From Dipteris shenzhenensis (taxonomy: Eukaryota), in NCBI GenBank assembly GCA_047967505.1, contig CM106538.1: a DNA stretch of 64,000 bases; one strand, 5' to 3'. A program made the translations under genes and the position numbers. Positions 1 through 13,936 of this stretch are shown here, in pieces (the stretch's first letter is position 1; each line of letters opens with the position of its first letter). The notes below the pieces were generated by a model. The model saw only the letters and a program-made list of their open reading frames with translations, ran no database searches and was not told the origin of the DNA.

Positions 1-139
1 CACCCATTGACCTTGCTATAAGCATTAGTATTTGATTAGGAATGCACAACTAGCACTTTTCATTACGTGAGAGGTAAAATAGTAGTGAAATTTCTATGAT
101 ATGTACACACTATAATCTTGTTTCTTTTCTTATCTCCCA

Positions 140-620
140 GGATGATTCATGAACCAAGGATTTTGTCTCCTAGCCATGCTAGACGTAGTAGAGTCTGTGA
201 TGCTACATGGAGGGCTAGACGTGCAATAGCTTAAAGTAGAGCTAGACGTTCTTTGCCAACAACTTTGTATAAGGTACTTGATACTATAGAACAGCTACAA
301 AACAATAATGTGGCACCTCCTATCCTCATAGACCTAAATGATGGAGATATTGTTATACCCATAGCATGCTTGCAAGATATTGAGAGTGAGGTACTTGTGT
401 TGCATTAGTGTACCATTTTACAAGACGGAGAACATTCAAAAATTGAAAGAGACTGTTTGTCATGTGGATATGATTATCCATATAATCCTAGCATAAAACA
501 TATCTCTTTGCTTCCAATTTTCAATGGAAAATGCCTATTTCACAGTTTAGGTGATTTGGAATATGTATGTTCTATTTGTGGTGCTGTAGCATGGAAGGCA
601 AAAGGAAAATCTATTCATAC
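140..620 (+). mobile_element. possible Helitron RepHel N-terminal relic
   Basis: Arg-rich repeats (gctagacgt x3 at 177-250) followed by LGDLEYVCSICGAVAWK, resembling the LG-x-C-x2-C-x-A-x2-W Zn motif of Helitron proteins. No Rep or helicase motifs seen. Confidence 0.25.
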
Positions 621-1719
621 CTTTAGGGGAAATCAAGATCTTCTACTGCTGCGAGGTATTTTGTGAATCAAGCACTTGCATATGTGCTAGGTAATATTTT
701 GTATTTTATTTGTAACTCTTATATTTACTTTTAAAGTAGATTATATTTTAAAATATTCTTGCTTTTAGATCAAACTGTGTGGAGGTGGTCTGTTTCTGCT
801 GATGAGGTGGTTGACATCATTGAAAATTTTGAGATTCTCACGTAGTACAATATTGTGAAGTACTATTAAGTTTTGAACTATATTTTCCTACCTAAATAAT
901 AATATTGTTTTTCACGAACCATTACTACCCTTCACATCTTCTAATGGCTCTTTATGAGACATCCTATTATGGAGGGCTCATTGGTTACTATTACATTGCT
1001 CTCGATCATAACCACACTTCTGGTCGAGCCCATGTGACAGTGAGACAAATAGGTCGTGACAGAACATTAAATGTGGAATTCTCATGCGGTTTTCTGTATG
1101 ATGCTTGGATGTTGCAGATATATAGTACGGAGGGCCCCTCGTCGCATTGGGAAGAGCATGCGTTGGATTGGACCTTGGGTAGTCAGGGTCATCTATAGTC
1201 TATCGTCGCCTTCATTTTAGGCTCTAGACTTTCTTGATTTGTAGTTGGGCAGCATCTTTTTGTTTTGGTGTATATTTGATTTGTTTTATGGGACTCTCTG
1301 TTTAAGATGTTTAGTTTGATTGTGCTTTGACTTTGCCTCTATATATACATACATACATACATATATGTTTTCAGATTGTCAAATACATGCTCTTCAATAT
1401 ATGTGGATCTTCATTCCCACTGGACATCTTTTTGACCCACTTTTTCAATTGAGATGGTCGCATTGGATTTTCATATGAGCATGTGTATCTGTCATCCACT
1501 GGTGGGACATATCCAGCTAGGTGGATCATATGATTTGGGTTATCTGGTCGTATTGGCCCTAGTTTGGTTGGATGACCACAACTTTCCACGAGGTTTTCAC
1601 ATCTTGGTTTTGCATTTAGGTTATGGGCATCTATTGTGTGATTTTTTGGCATCTATGCCCTCATATTCTCTTCGATTAGGCCTCTGTCAGAGTGCAATGG
1701 AATCTTGTGAACTATTGTC

Positions 1720-1760
1720 AACATATATATATATACATATATACATACATACATATAAAT

Positions 1761-1796
<36 letters not shown>

Positions 1797-1797
1797 G
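1720..1797. repeat. (TA)n/(TACA)n microsatellite
   Basis: Directly visible. Confidence 0.9.
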
Positions 1798-1949
1798 ATA
1801 AATACTTCATCCCGGCCATGGAGCATTTGCCACCACAGGCAAACCTCTTGCATCCTATCTAGTGCGTTCATCGAAGAGAGTCAACAGAGCGTAATAAAAA
1901 ACCTCAAGAGCAAAGGTTTTCGGAGATTCACGATGGGGACAACAACAAA

Positions 1950-2400
1950 TGTTTTGACATGCACATGTTCAATGAGGAGATCGATGAGATGATTGAAACA
2001 GTTGTTGGTTGGTCTGACACCACATTTGAAAAAATGAAGTCAGAGTCGGCCACTCCATTGTACAATGGTGCAAGGGTCTCAAAATTGAAGATGCTTTTGT
2101 TGCTACTAAATGTGCAGGCAAAGTTCGGTTGGAGTGACACTAATATCACTGAATTGTTTAGGTATGGCATGACACATACATATGTACATGCACCTACATG
2201 TCATGGAATTTAATGCATACATATAAAATAGATATGTGTATTTATAGGATGCTCAAACACTACATTTTGCTAGTGCCAAACACTATGCCCATATCAAGGG
2301 ATGCTACAAGAAAGGTTCTTCGTAATATCGCCATGGAGTACAACACCATGCACGCATGTCCCAATAAGTGCGTTCTTTTTCGTGTGGTGACCTTACAGCA
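1950..2400 (+). mobile_element. CACTA/En-Spm transposase (Tnp2-like) fragment with one intron
   Basis: ATPLYNGARVSKLKMLLLLLNVQAKFGWSDTNITELFR joins through a GT..AG intron (2162-2247) to MLKHYILLVPNTMP...IAMEYNTMHACPNKCVLFR. HACPNxCxLF is typical of CACTA transposases. Confidence 0.8.
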
Positions 2401-2479
2401 TTTGAGGTGTGACCCACTTGTAGTGTAGATAGGTATATGGAATTGACTTTCTGGGCATTGAACCTTCATGTGGATCAAT

Positions 2480-3605
2480 TATTTGATATGTGTCTGCTGT
2501 GGCAAATGGGACGTATCCTCATTGAGTTGCATTGCCGAAGTAGACCATATCATGCTCCCAATCGATGTATGCCTTGTATTTGCACTGCCAAGCCTTGCCG
2601 AGGATGATCTGTGAGGCTGAGTACTTCGTTGGAAGTACATGAAACCTGTGTTCACATAGTATGTCATTGATGTACACCTTTAGGAATACTCATCCCATAG
2701 TAGTGACATGTTCTTTGGTGGGCCCTATGAGAGTAACAAGATCATCGTCAAGTTCCATTCCTTCTAGACATCGGTATGTTTTGCAGCTGTTGGAGTTTCG
2801 TTGGGTGCCTGAATCTATAAGAGCATACTGCTCAAACCTGTTCTCGGCTAGTTCCACCAAGATGTATGGATCGAAGTCCGTGATCTCCTCGGACTCATCA
2901 TCTGTCAACTGCTGCATTTTTACCTATTTGTTGGCAAGAGCCATGTGCATCGGGGCCTTTTGGTTGGTAGGTTCCTCCACCTGTATTTCTTGATCTGCAT
3001 AGTCTTGATCAAGCATGTTAGCAGTAACCAAACGATATGATTTTGTGATAGACCGCATAGTCATTATTGGCACTAAATCATACCCTTGATTCATCACAGA
3101 ACTTGGTTGGGATTTCTTCAATTGTACACACATCTAGAGTTGCCAAAATTTGTTGCCACTCTAATGGTTTGAAATCAACATTGGGGAATGGTTTGGGGAT
3201 ACAGGGTGAATGGTTTGGGGATATAGGCTTTATCCCGCACTAGGCGATCTAAATTGCATTCTTCTTTTTGTAGATCAATATTATCTGACGCACCACACAT
3301 CCAAAGTTGTGTATCTATGTTTACCCAATCTGGTATGTTGGTGTCTGCATTTGTGGTTGAATCAAAATCTTGTACACAGGTCTTTGCGACATCCCTATAG
3401 CTATGATCTTTCAAATTTATCCACATTATGGAACCCTCTTGCATAAATGGTCTGCCTAGTATGATATCATAGTTTGGCCTTGTGCCAAAATCTACCAATG
3501 GCAAAGGTGTGCTCATATTCAATGCCACATGAGGTTGTGGTCAATTGTTCCAATAGCCCTATTGGTCGTTCAATGTGACCATCCACAAGTTGAAGTTTCA
3601 TGCTT
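2480..3605 (-). mobile_element. Ty3/Gypsy polyprotein relic with two aspartic protease domains
   Basis: KLQLVDGHIERPIGLL...NYDIILGRPFM (3600-3440), then ALIDSGTQ...IILGKAWQ (2830-2580). Contains stops and frameshifts. Confidence 0.7.
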
Positions 3606-3607
3606 CG

Positions 3608-5676
3608 CCTACCCTCATTTTAGCAAGTGCACCTCACTCTCTTCAAGCATATATGCACACCTAGCATCCATCCCAATCTATATATATGAGATAAACCTTC
3701 ATTTTCCATACTAGCTACTCCCAAAATCATCTCCATAGCTCTCTTTCCATAGCCATATCCATAGCCTTGAGCTTGCTACCTCAACACTTGTAATCTCTTG
3801 GCTCAATAATTAATCATTTAGTTTTATTTCAAGCTTGTGTCTGCTCTCCTTCTCTCTCTAGCACTCTCTCTCTAATCAATGTGTTAATTAAGTCTTGATT
3901 AGGTCAAGTTAGGAAACCCTAACCCTAAACATCCAACATGGTATCAGAGCCATTTCATCCTCCTTAAGCTCTTAGCATTTCTATTCTCTATTAGGGTTTA
4001 GATTTCTCTAATTGCCTATGCTCTACTCTACAAGCATTAGGGTTTCCCTCATTAGCTAGAAGCTACTAGCCATTAGGAATTTCAATTAGACTTTAGGTTT
4101 TTTCCTCAATCTTGCAAATTAGGGTTTCCATTAGCCTCTCAACCCCAGCACAATTTGGCCATGTACTTTCAACCACATAAGGAGCTCAACATGATGGACA
4201 TTCTCACTAAAGGGTTTTACTATTGGATCTATACATAAGGAGAACCAACTTCATCTATGGAGCTAACTATCATTTTACAGGTTGCTGTTTTTTTGCATAT
4301 GCAACACAAGAGGAGCTCATCTCTCTCAAATGGTGAATCATTTGATCAAACCCTCATGGTAGAGGAAGATCATGTTGCGTTGAACCTACATCTCAAAGGG
4401 TTTCTCTAATGGAGGTTTACATGTGGAGAACAAGCCTCGTCTCTGCTGGTCACTATGTATTGGTAGTTTTCACAACATTGGGTAACCATTGTGATGAAGA
4501 AGAACCAATCAAGGAGGGCATTGCTCCCAAGGAAAGAGTTACTATCAAGAATGACCAACACCTCAACGAGGGCTCTGAGATGAAGGATGGAGATACATCA
4601 ATGTTGTTGTCTCACGAAGGCAAGCAAGCAGCACCAAGCTTTGGAAATGAGGCCAAGAGAATGGCTTCTACATCCAGTGGTGATGATTTGATTGAAGATG
4701 TAGTAAGAAGGCTTGCACCACATCTCAAAGGGCTCTCCAAAGCCCTTAAATTTTTCTTTAAGCATGCATTCTAGGAAATGTGCTTTGTAATTGGTTGTGT
4801 ATGCCTTGCAATCCTGCACACTCATAACTCTCTTGCAACAGCCAATGCACAACACCACACCACAGCCTCTAGTCCTTGAGTTCCATAACACCATGTAATA
4901 GCCAATGACCTCTCACCATATCACAACAGGAATACAGCCTCTAGAGCTCTGTGGTAGCCATACTCAGCTTGTCCTAACCATAGCAGGATTACAACCTCTG
5001 GTAAGAGCCCCCATACTCAGCCTGTCTTAGGTGGATGCATATCACACTTAGCATGTGTCAAGTGGTTCCACACTATACTCAGTGTGAGTCAAGTGCACAC
5101 TTAGCAGAGTTAAAGGAGTTGTGTTTGAGGGGGGTTTTAGAAATATCAAACCCAATACCTTAGCTGAAAAGGTGGTGTGTGGCGATATTACTTTGCACAT
5201 AGTTCCTCGGCTCCCAAGTTCCACTCTAGACTACCATATGCACTACCTCTAATAATTAGGTAAAGGTTTTATCCCAATTGGTTTTACTTTACTACATGTA
5301 AATACTCTCATCATGACAAGTGTCCTTCATATAAGGCTCCACTTTATACCTCACATGCACTTGACACCTTGCACACATGCATTATGCACATGTATCACCA
5401 GCAAAGAGAAGAAGGAAAATTTCAAAATTTTCCTACCCTCATTTTAGCAAGTGCACATCACTCTCTTCGGGCTCTCTTCAAGCATATATGCACACCTAGC
5501 ATCCATCCCATTCTATATATATATGAGATAAACCTTGATTTTCCATACTAGCTACTCCCAAAATCATCTGCATAGCTCTCTTTCCATAGCCTTGAGCTTG
5601 CTACCTCAACACTTGTAATCTCTTGGCTCATCTTGATTAGGTCAAGTTAGGAAACCCTAATCCTAAAAATCCAACA
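3608..5676 (+). mobile_element. non-autonomous LTR retroelement (TRIM/LARD-like)
   Basis: 5' LTR remnant 3608-3938 ending CA, PBS TGGTATCAGAGC 3939-3950, PPT gagggggg ~5127-5134, 3' LTR 5135-5676 matching the 5' copy. The ~1.2 kb internal region has no recognisable pol. Confidence 0.85.
3939..3950 (+). promoter_or_regulatory. primer binding site (tRNA-iMet)
   Basis: TGGTATCAGAGC immediately after the LTR end atccaaca. Confidence 0.9.
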
Positions 5677-8600
5677 ACTACGAGTCGCTTGTATAATGGT
5701 AGAAGGAAGACTTCCAAGCTTTTATGGAGAGACATCTAGGGGCTCACTTGGAGGCACCTTGAAGGAACACATAAAGACTACAAACACACTCCCATCTTCT
5801 ATGGCAGTCTTACTCATTTGGACCGAGTTTTGGATGTGGATCTGCTACATCTACCATGTAATCTTCACAAAGGGAAGATGTGGAAGGATCAGCATGAGAG
5901 AGGAAGAAAAAGATCATAAGAAACGGTCTTGTGACCTATCTAATGGGCCCCAAGAAAAGCTCCTACCTTGCTGATGAACATGCTATGTCAAACATGGAGG
6001 CTATGCATGTTTTGGAGCTCTAGTAGAGCAAAGGATGAAGAAGGCCTTTGAATCTATCAAAAAATCAAGAGATGCAGTTGTGAGTGTCAAGGAGGCCACA
6101 CGACAAATTGAAGAACACCGAGCTTGGGTTATTTCGGAGTTGAGCCTAACGAGGTTGGAGCTAATGAGCTTGCAGTTCTAAAATCGCTGCACTATTGATA
6201 GTGAGGCTATGGGAATTGAAGCTATCATCGATGCATTTGTAAGGGACCTCTCGCAGCTGCTATTGATTGCCATGACTTTGACAACTCCTTCCTCACAAGG
6301 TCACATGCTTGACGTCACTATTTTCTTCATTCAGGAATAGGTAATCTCAAACTTTCTTTAGCACTCATATTTCATTCTGGATGAAGCTTATTGGCTAGTA
6401 CTGAACATGATTATCTAGATTTTCTTGTCTCTCATAAGCAATATTGTCCTTGTAGCCTACCCTTTTGTTTGGCCTCGGGCATGTCAAATGCATCATTGTT
6501 TGCATGATAGTGTGCATTGTTTCATTGCATACTTATTGTCATATTACATCGGCACATGGTCATTCACTTGGACATGTGTGTCATCGTTGAAGTTAGAAGA
6601 CCCTATTATTGAAAGTGATGCAATACCTACATATGGGCACATGATCATATTTGTCGGCTAGGCTACTAGACATTGTGTAAAACAATGACATACTCTAGTA
6701 CATATTTGGACAAACTCAAGATTTAAATGAGTTAACAAAAATGCTATTCAAATAACTGACTTGTGACCCTCTGATACTGGAGGAGAAGCATATGACACCC
6801 TCCAACACTAGAGGAGAAGCATACAAGACTCTTTAACACCAAAGGAGAGATTGGTAGATGGGAGAATGCCACATTCCCTACAAATTATAGAAAAATGGGT
6901 GAGGATGGTACGACCCCCTTGCCATACGTTTGTATGGTCTTTTTTTTTCCTCCATGGTCACAAGCATGCGCGCACCTATTGCATTTATCTGCATCAAATG
7001 TTCGTAACAAAAGAAACAAACGAAAATATTAAGTTATATTATATTAATAAAATGAGAGAACCATCAAACTAAAATATCTTTCAAAAAACTACAAGCATAC
7101 CAAAGCAAGCAATGAATCTTCAATTTGCAAAACCAAAGTATTGGAGTCATACATGACTAAGCCTGAGAGAAAATTTGGAGAGTTGGCTAGACATGCTGAT
7201 CAGCATAAGAATTGTCCTTTTTTAGGTAGGAACAATTGTTAGAGCACCATCAATGGTCAGGGCCAGTTACTAGGTGCTCTCCAGAAACAGTGACATCAAA
7301 CACCAATAAGCAGACACTCGTGAAGCTAATTGTCAACATCCATCGTAGCCTAATGGTTAACATGGTAGCCTTTTGATCGTGAGATCCCGAGTTCAAGAGT
7401 ACTCATTAATTGGAGCATAAGCAACTTTTTGCTATTTTTGCTATCAAAGTGGGTGTGTGGTTGAGAAAATTTCTTGATCTTTTTTTTTTTGGCTACAATC
7501 ATCATTGATCGAAGATGCTGACATAGGCAAATTTCAAAAAAATACACTCCGGAGAAAATGCGCTCACCATGTTTTAAGGTGCCTTATAACTGGCCCCTTT
7601 ACCCTAGTTGTTGCGACTTGTCGCTTTCTCCTCGCATACAAGAATTGTTGCATGAGTGACTCCACCTATTTTTAAACCTTAACCAACTTTTCAACCATCT
7701 TTTTTTATCTTTATGACACTAATAAGCTTGTGCCAAGTGGCTTCGTCTCCTTCCGACATCCCAAAAAGTCTTTTATACAAAAAGATAATGATGTGTTTGT
7801 GAGACTATTGAGCATGTAAAAAGGAAATGTAATGCTCTCACTAGTTTTTTGGTTCAAGAAATTAATAATAGATTTCTATCACATGACTTGGTTGAAGCAT
7901 CTAACATCATCTATCCAAAATTTCGGTATTCTACAACCTATGTAGTGGATTTCTGAGGCATTTCGGATATCCCAAGGACAACCATGATGAGTGAAGGGGA
8001 TAATCCCCTCGCCAAAAGTAGCTCATTGCAAAAGCACCCTACGAGGATTACAAACCAGTAGAGAAACTTGTTCAATTAGAATTGATGAATTATACATGAA
8101 TTATACACCAACAATAAAACAATGACTTTTTTGTGAATGCCAATAGTTATATTTGAGCATGAACATAAAAGTGTCCTAACACATGGATGCATTGAAAAAG
8201 CAACACTAAATTAGTGGTTCCATCAATCAGCTTTGCTCAAAATGGCACAACCATGACCTATCCTTTCTACTTGTGGTGCTATAATCCAAGACTTTCTATA
8301 TATTACCTCCTTCGTTTACAAAATAACAAGGAGATGACCTATTCCTCTGCAAAATCTACTTATGTAACTATATATCTCTCAACTCCATCATTGGGGGTTT
8401 ATAAAGACTCTAGGTACCCAAAAGCTCTCACTGGATCACCATCTTCAAGATTCATCACGACTCCATGGCCAAAGTTAATGCACTCACACGGTCTAAGCTA
8501 GAATTGTGGAAACTTAATTGCTCTTCCTAACATTTGGTTCATAGGAACTAGCCTCTACAATGTGTGCATGTGCACATAAAATACAATGTAAAAACTATCA

Positions 8601-9389
8601 AGTTTCCATACTTTTGACAGTGGCTAATATTCCTAAACCTAAGTTTTTGTTACTTCAAGGACATTAAAGTATTTCAGTTCTTGTAAGTGGAATACAAAGA
8701 GTCATTGAGGTAGGGTGAAGCGGTTGTTGTCTGCATACAAGGTCTGGCCAATATTAGCCTAGTATAAGCAAAGATCATGCCCTTGACATGTCAGGACATA
8801 GGATAAAATACTCATAATAGATATTGTTGTTCAACCAACACGTTAAATGTAGACTCTTAACCTCACTATCATATAAAGGACTACATTGCTTTCACTAAGT
8901 TTTCAATCCATTGAGTTCCTCAGGTACACATTTAAATACAATTGCTCACGCATTTGCAAGTATGCACAACTATTCCATAGCAAGATATATCCTTCAACAT
9001 ATGATTGGCACAATAATCCAATTACCCCAACTTCGCACTCACCCACCAAGGCTCGCTCAACCCACTCCCCACCCCCAAAACACTCACCATGAGATTGTGC
9101 ACTGCTCTTAGGATTGCACAATATACATACCCAATAGTTGGGATCAATTTTACACATTTCCTTGTTGAGATTACCATTACAAACATCAAGCTCAGTAATG
9201 AACAAGTTAAGCTTACATTATTCATGTTAGGATAGTACAGAACATGGTTCTCACACCCCTTGTCTAAAAGGTATCCTCAACATTCACGTGAGACTTTATA
9301 AGATTTATGATAATGATACCTACATGAGTAAATGAAATTCCATTCATGCAGCATCACCTTCTCAGCCCATATGGATTGTGTTGACCAGG

Positions 9390-10030
9390 TTATGCCATAA
9401 ATTTTGTAATGGCTCTACTGGGCTGAATCTTAACACCATCCACAATAACCCCCTTTTTCCACCATCCACCAACAATCTCCATCATGCTAAAGTTCACCTT
9501 TAGTCGCATCTCCCTCTCCACATGAAACTCACCAACATCAAGCTCCATCCAAGTTCCACATGATCTCAGGTGGGGCCATAGTACTCGAGCTTACAAGCGA
9601 AGCTTGATCTCCAATGAACAAACATTGAGACTCTTTACATTGACCATCCGATGTTGAGAGAGAGAGATTCATAGGTGCTCTGACCCAACCAGATCTAAGG
9701 TCCACAAACATCATCCGAAATGATACTATATAGCCCCCTGGCATAAACATGTTGTCAAGGTCCCCACGTACTTCAAACTAGCATACATGATGCAAGTGGG
9801 CACTTTCAAGAAACCTGATAAAAGAAAAATGCCTAGCATTAATAAGATGAAAGAGTCAGTTTAAGTAATATTATAGTGTCTTCTATCTATGAGACAAACC
9901 AAGAATCAAGTTTTGGGAGCCAACGCCAATAACGCTCGTCATCTCCCCATACAACTGTCAAGTCTCTTGCACCTTTTACAATATAGCATTGCCCCGTGCA
10001 TGGATCCAACCAATATGGCCGAATATGGCT
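9390..10030 (-). pseudogene. PP2: phloem protein 2 (PP2) lectin-domain pseudogene
   Basis: YWLDPCTGQCYIVKGARDLTVVWGDDERYWRW, GT..AG intron 9899-9815, FLESAHLHHVC*FEVRG, then WMELDVGEF...VNFSMMEIVGGWWEKGVIVDGVKIQP. In-frame TAG at 9780-9778 replaces the conserved W; frameshift near 9552. Confidence 0.85.
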
Positions 10031-11289
10031 AGCTAAAAGTGTGAGAAAGCATAAAAATCCATTTGCTATAGCTTCAAACTTAGCTCGAAGTATAGATGAC
10101 AAACCTAATGGTCAGGGTGGCAACTCCAATTCCATGCCCTCCTTTCTTTATGGTATCACACACACACCTCTTATGTGTGCACATGCATAGACACACATAT
10201 AGCTATGTACTACTTATCACATATAGCTACATGTTGCTTCTTATTTGCCTAGAAAGCTTCTAAAAGCTCTTTCTGGTGAGACCCACACATACAGACAAAC
10301 AAGTCCTGATTGGCTTTATGATACTGAAATATACAAACATATGGGGACTAGAAAACTTGGATCGAAGAAATCTCTCCCTGCTCTAGAGTCTCTAACCCCT
10401 CGTTATGGAATAATTAAACATTTTGTTGTTCCTGAGGTTCTGAAGACACCCTAGGCATTGCCTCAACTTCAGGTATGTCTCCCTCCAGTGCTCTCATTGC
10501 CCTTGCTTCTTGAGCTTAAAGAAGACTTTCCCATCTCCTTCTCTAAAACCTTTCTCCATAAGAATATTGAGGAAGATTTGAACTGTCATTGGAATCACTC
10601 ATGCATTGCGCACGTGCTCAAAGATGTACAAATAAGAAATCATTTGCTTTTGACAATACACGTGCAGGGCATAAGATCCACTGGCTACCCCAAAGCTCAT
10701 AGAACCTCTCCGGGTCTAGTATATGAACCTAGCCAACCACCATAATTGAAACCACTTCACCGAGGATGCAATCCTTAATTTAAGGTCACCAGGCAATAGT
10801 GGGAAGAATTCCTCTAAAAGTCGTGCCTCATAGAGGTTCCTCACTAGCAAGGCATCATACTTCTTAGCACCAATAGATATCTAGGGAAATTCCACACTTA
10901 GCAAGATTGCCAAAGTGTTTAAGGCCATTATTCCTCAAACTCTAAACAAAAAACAGTCATACATCACCATTACAAGCACCAAAACGTGCAGGAACTTGTT
11001 GCATATAGAGTGCAGTTGCCTGAATTGCAAAAGACACAAGAAGACCAGAAGTGCAACTTCCAATATTAATCTTGATATTTCACCAACTGAAATTCGGTTT
11101 CCATAGACCAAGAACTCCCAACTACTTAACACTACTCAATAGAGACTAAAGTTTAAAATTAACTAAAAGACACCAACTAAAACATAACTTCTAGAAAATA
11201 CCCCTTTAACAATCCACTTGCTTGCCATGCTTCCCATCGTCCTCCTCTTGCCCATCAAATGCAGTCAATTGCTTCTTCTTAGGCCTTGA

Positions 11290-11850
11290 TTGATAGATGT
11301 TGGGGTGTGTAGTTGGGCTGTCTCTACTCCAACAGGGATGGCATTTAAGTCTATCCCAAGACCATGCTTATCTCTCGGTCGGGGACTGCATCAGATAACT
11401 TTTGGAGGTATGATCTCTATTGCATTGAGTGCCGGCTCAACCCCATGCTTGATCCCAACTATCTTCTTCCCACGAGGCTCGTTTGCTCCCCTTCTCAAAG
11501 CCATGTTGTTAGCAAGCCTAGGGGTAGGCTGTGGATTGATGGTTTTCGAAGTTTGTAGGTGGGGTGTCTCCACTACAATAGGGGTGGCATTTAAGTCTAT
11601 CCATAGATCCTTCTTTTCTCTCAACTGGGGACTACATCGGATAACATTTGGAGGTGTTGTCTCTGTTGCATCTATCTCAAGACCTTGCTTATCTAGTCTC
11701 AACCAGGGAGTGCATCGGATAACCTATGGAGGTGTGGTCTATGTTGCATTGAGTGCCAGATCAGCCACAAGCTTGCTCTCTACTATCTTCTTTCCATGAG
11801 GTTCTTTTCCTCCCCTTTTTGAAGCCATGTTGTTAGTAGCCCTGGGGGCA
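11290..11850. repeat. degenerate tandem/dispersed repeats (~240 bp and ~70 bp periods)
   Basis: Recurring ggcatttaagtctatcc, gcatc(a/g)gataac, tgcattgagtgcc and aagccatgttgttag blocks. Confidence 0.7.
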
Positions 11851-12240
11851 GAAATACAGGAACCATTAGCACCATCCATTCCATATCATAAACCCCACAC
11901 ACATACACAAACCATGCCAAACACAATCACCCTCAAATCTGTAGTCTATTGAATCCCAATAGCCAATAATTAACAAACGCCTCAAAAACAACACATCGGC
12001 CAAGATGTAGTTAGGGCTTCCTTTGAGCTATACAGACAAACAAACCTGGGATTGGTGTTTCTTACAACCAAAAGAGAAGATGCAGATCGTAATATGCAGA
12101 TGATGGCCTACATCCAAGAGGAAGAAATGTGGAACCTCCAAACACCCTGCTCCGACAAACTAGAGAGGGAGGTGCAGAAGACAATGGAGGAGTCTTTGAC
12201 CATCATGACCCTCTGCCCGCATCTGATGAGAGCAAGGTGG

Positions 12241-12400
12241 ATTTTGAAGCAGCTAACATAGCTCTACAGAATGTTCAAGGAGGAAAAAATGACCCCCTCC
12301 ATCCTCCACATGAAGGTCGAATTTTGAAGCAGCTAACATAGCTCTATAGAATGTTCAAGGAGGAAAAAATGACCCCCTCCATCCTCCACATCAAGGTCGG
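12241..12400. repeat. 80-bp tandem duplication
   Basis: attttgaagcagctaacatagctcta...ccatcctccacat at 12241 and 12321, near-identical. Confidence 0.9.
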
Positions 12401-13936
12401 ATGTGACCCAAGAAGAAAAACAGCCTCAATCACCAAGGAAAGAATGCCACAAGGACAAATTGGCAGCACATGTCAACCTACTGAGACCTCTAGATGAAGA
12501 CCACTTTAGCATTGACCTAGTACTACAGATGCGTGCCATATCCCTCCCATTCCACCACTTACAAGTTTTTGATATGAAAGGAAGCAAAGATGGATGATGC
12601 CCCCGACTTGTTCGATCTCAATGAGCACCAAGAAGTTGCCCTCTACCCTTTCACTATCCAATCCGACCCTCTCCTCCCCTACTCTTGCAGCCGTCCCCGA
12701 TTATTATTAGTCAATACCATCCCTACTGCTCACGCGCAGCAGCGATTCCATGATGTCTTGGATCACTTTGCCGTCATCGCCTACAAACTAGTTTAGGGTT
12801 TTGCAAAGAGAAAAAGATATGGTGCAAGAGGACAGTCCTGGTGTACTGATCTCGATAATGGAAAAGCTGGACCTTTTCTCCAACAAACCACCATTCTGCT
12901 AGCTGAATGAGAATACAAGGAGGATACCCATGAGATCCACATGTCCCTGAAATCTTGGCATTGACTAGTGACCCAAAGCCTTCCTTGAAAAGGTAGCAGA
13001 ATGTACCTATAGATCTTGTAATTATGCTAGATAATCGACACAATCCTAAGGTGACTAGCTAAGGTGACCGACCATCTAAAGGTCGGCTAGGTCAGGCATC
13101 AACCGATCTCACTACAAGGGCTATATAATGACAGCCCGCATAATCCTTCATCATCACACTCACTATGCCCTCAGTATCCACCCCAGCTTATAGCCCTTGT
13201 TTTCTATTGTTATCATTATGCCAGCGAAGCTATCAGTACTAGATTGCACTGACCAAATGACCAACCAATTCAGTACGAGTGTTAGCAAACTCCAAAACAC
13301 AGTTACAGACAATCAACTAAACAACAATGCACATGTGATTTGTAGAGCATATGATACCAAATCCACACAACAATGCATAAACCATAGTGACTAGTACACC
13401 AATCATAGAGGTCCTATGGTAGAAGTAACATCAGCAACCAATACCTTGGGTGAGACATATGGTTTCACCAAGCAACCATCTAGATACTCTAGCTCATTTG
13501 TCCAAAGGGAGTGGAGCTGCTACCTCCCTGTTGAGCATCAGGCAATGCTCCAAACAACCATTGATCTGTTGAGCCTGAAGAGCCCTAATTGAAGTTAGCT
13601 CCACTACCTGTAGGTAAAGTTGCAACACTTGAGTGTATCCTGCCAGTACACTCCTCCTTCCATCATGGGAAACTTTACCAACTGACATAGAATGCCAACT
13701 CTCTATAGAAATTCATCTTTGGTCACGAATGTACATCTTCATGACCTCAAAGATGACCATGCTCCATAAAGAATCCATCCCAGAGAATTAGGTGCACATG
13801 TCACACTTGACTCCCATATGTCACTAGTTCTAGGGGCACTATTCCCTATGAACTCTCTTGGTGCAGCCACACACACTATGTTAGCCCATACACAAGACCA
13901 AATAAACAGCAAGGCATCCAATCCTTTCACACCATA

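Noticed and set aside
3175-3528. ORF track lists this 117-aa ORF on the + strand
   Set aside because: The peptide (ALNMSTPLP...YDIILGRPFM...PQC) is encoded by the reverse complement, so I treated it as minus-strand Gypsy sequence.
5680-9300. Short coding-like stretches (e.g. 6020-6180 +, 7880-8050 -)
   Set aside because: No recognisable motif or consistent exon chain.
10300-13900. Possible F-box exon for PP2 or another host gene
   Set aside because: Translations I tried gave only stop-ridden, unrecognisable peptides with tandem repeats. Probably decayed TE; left unannotated.
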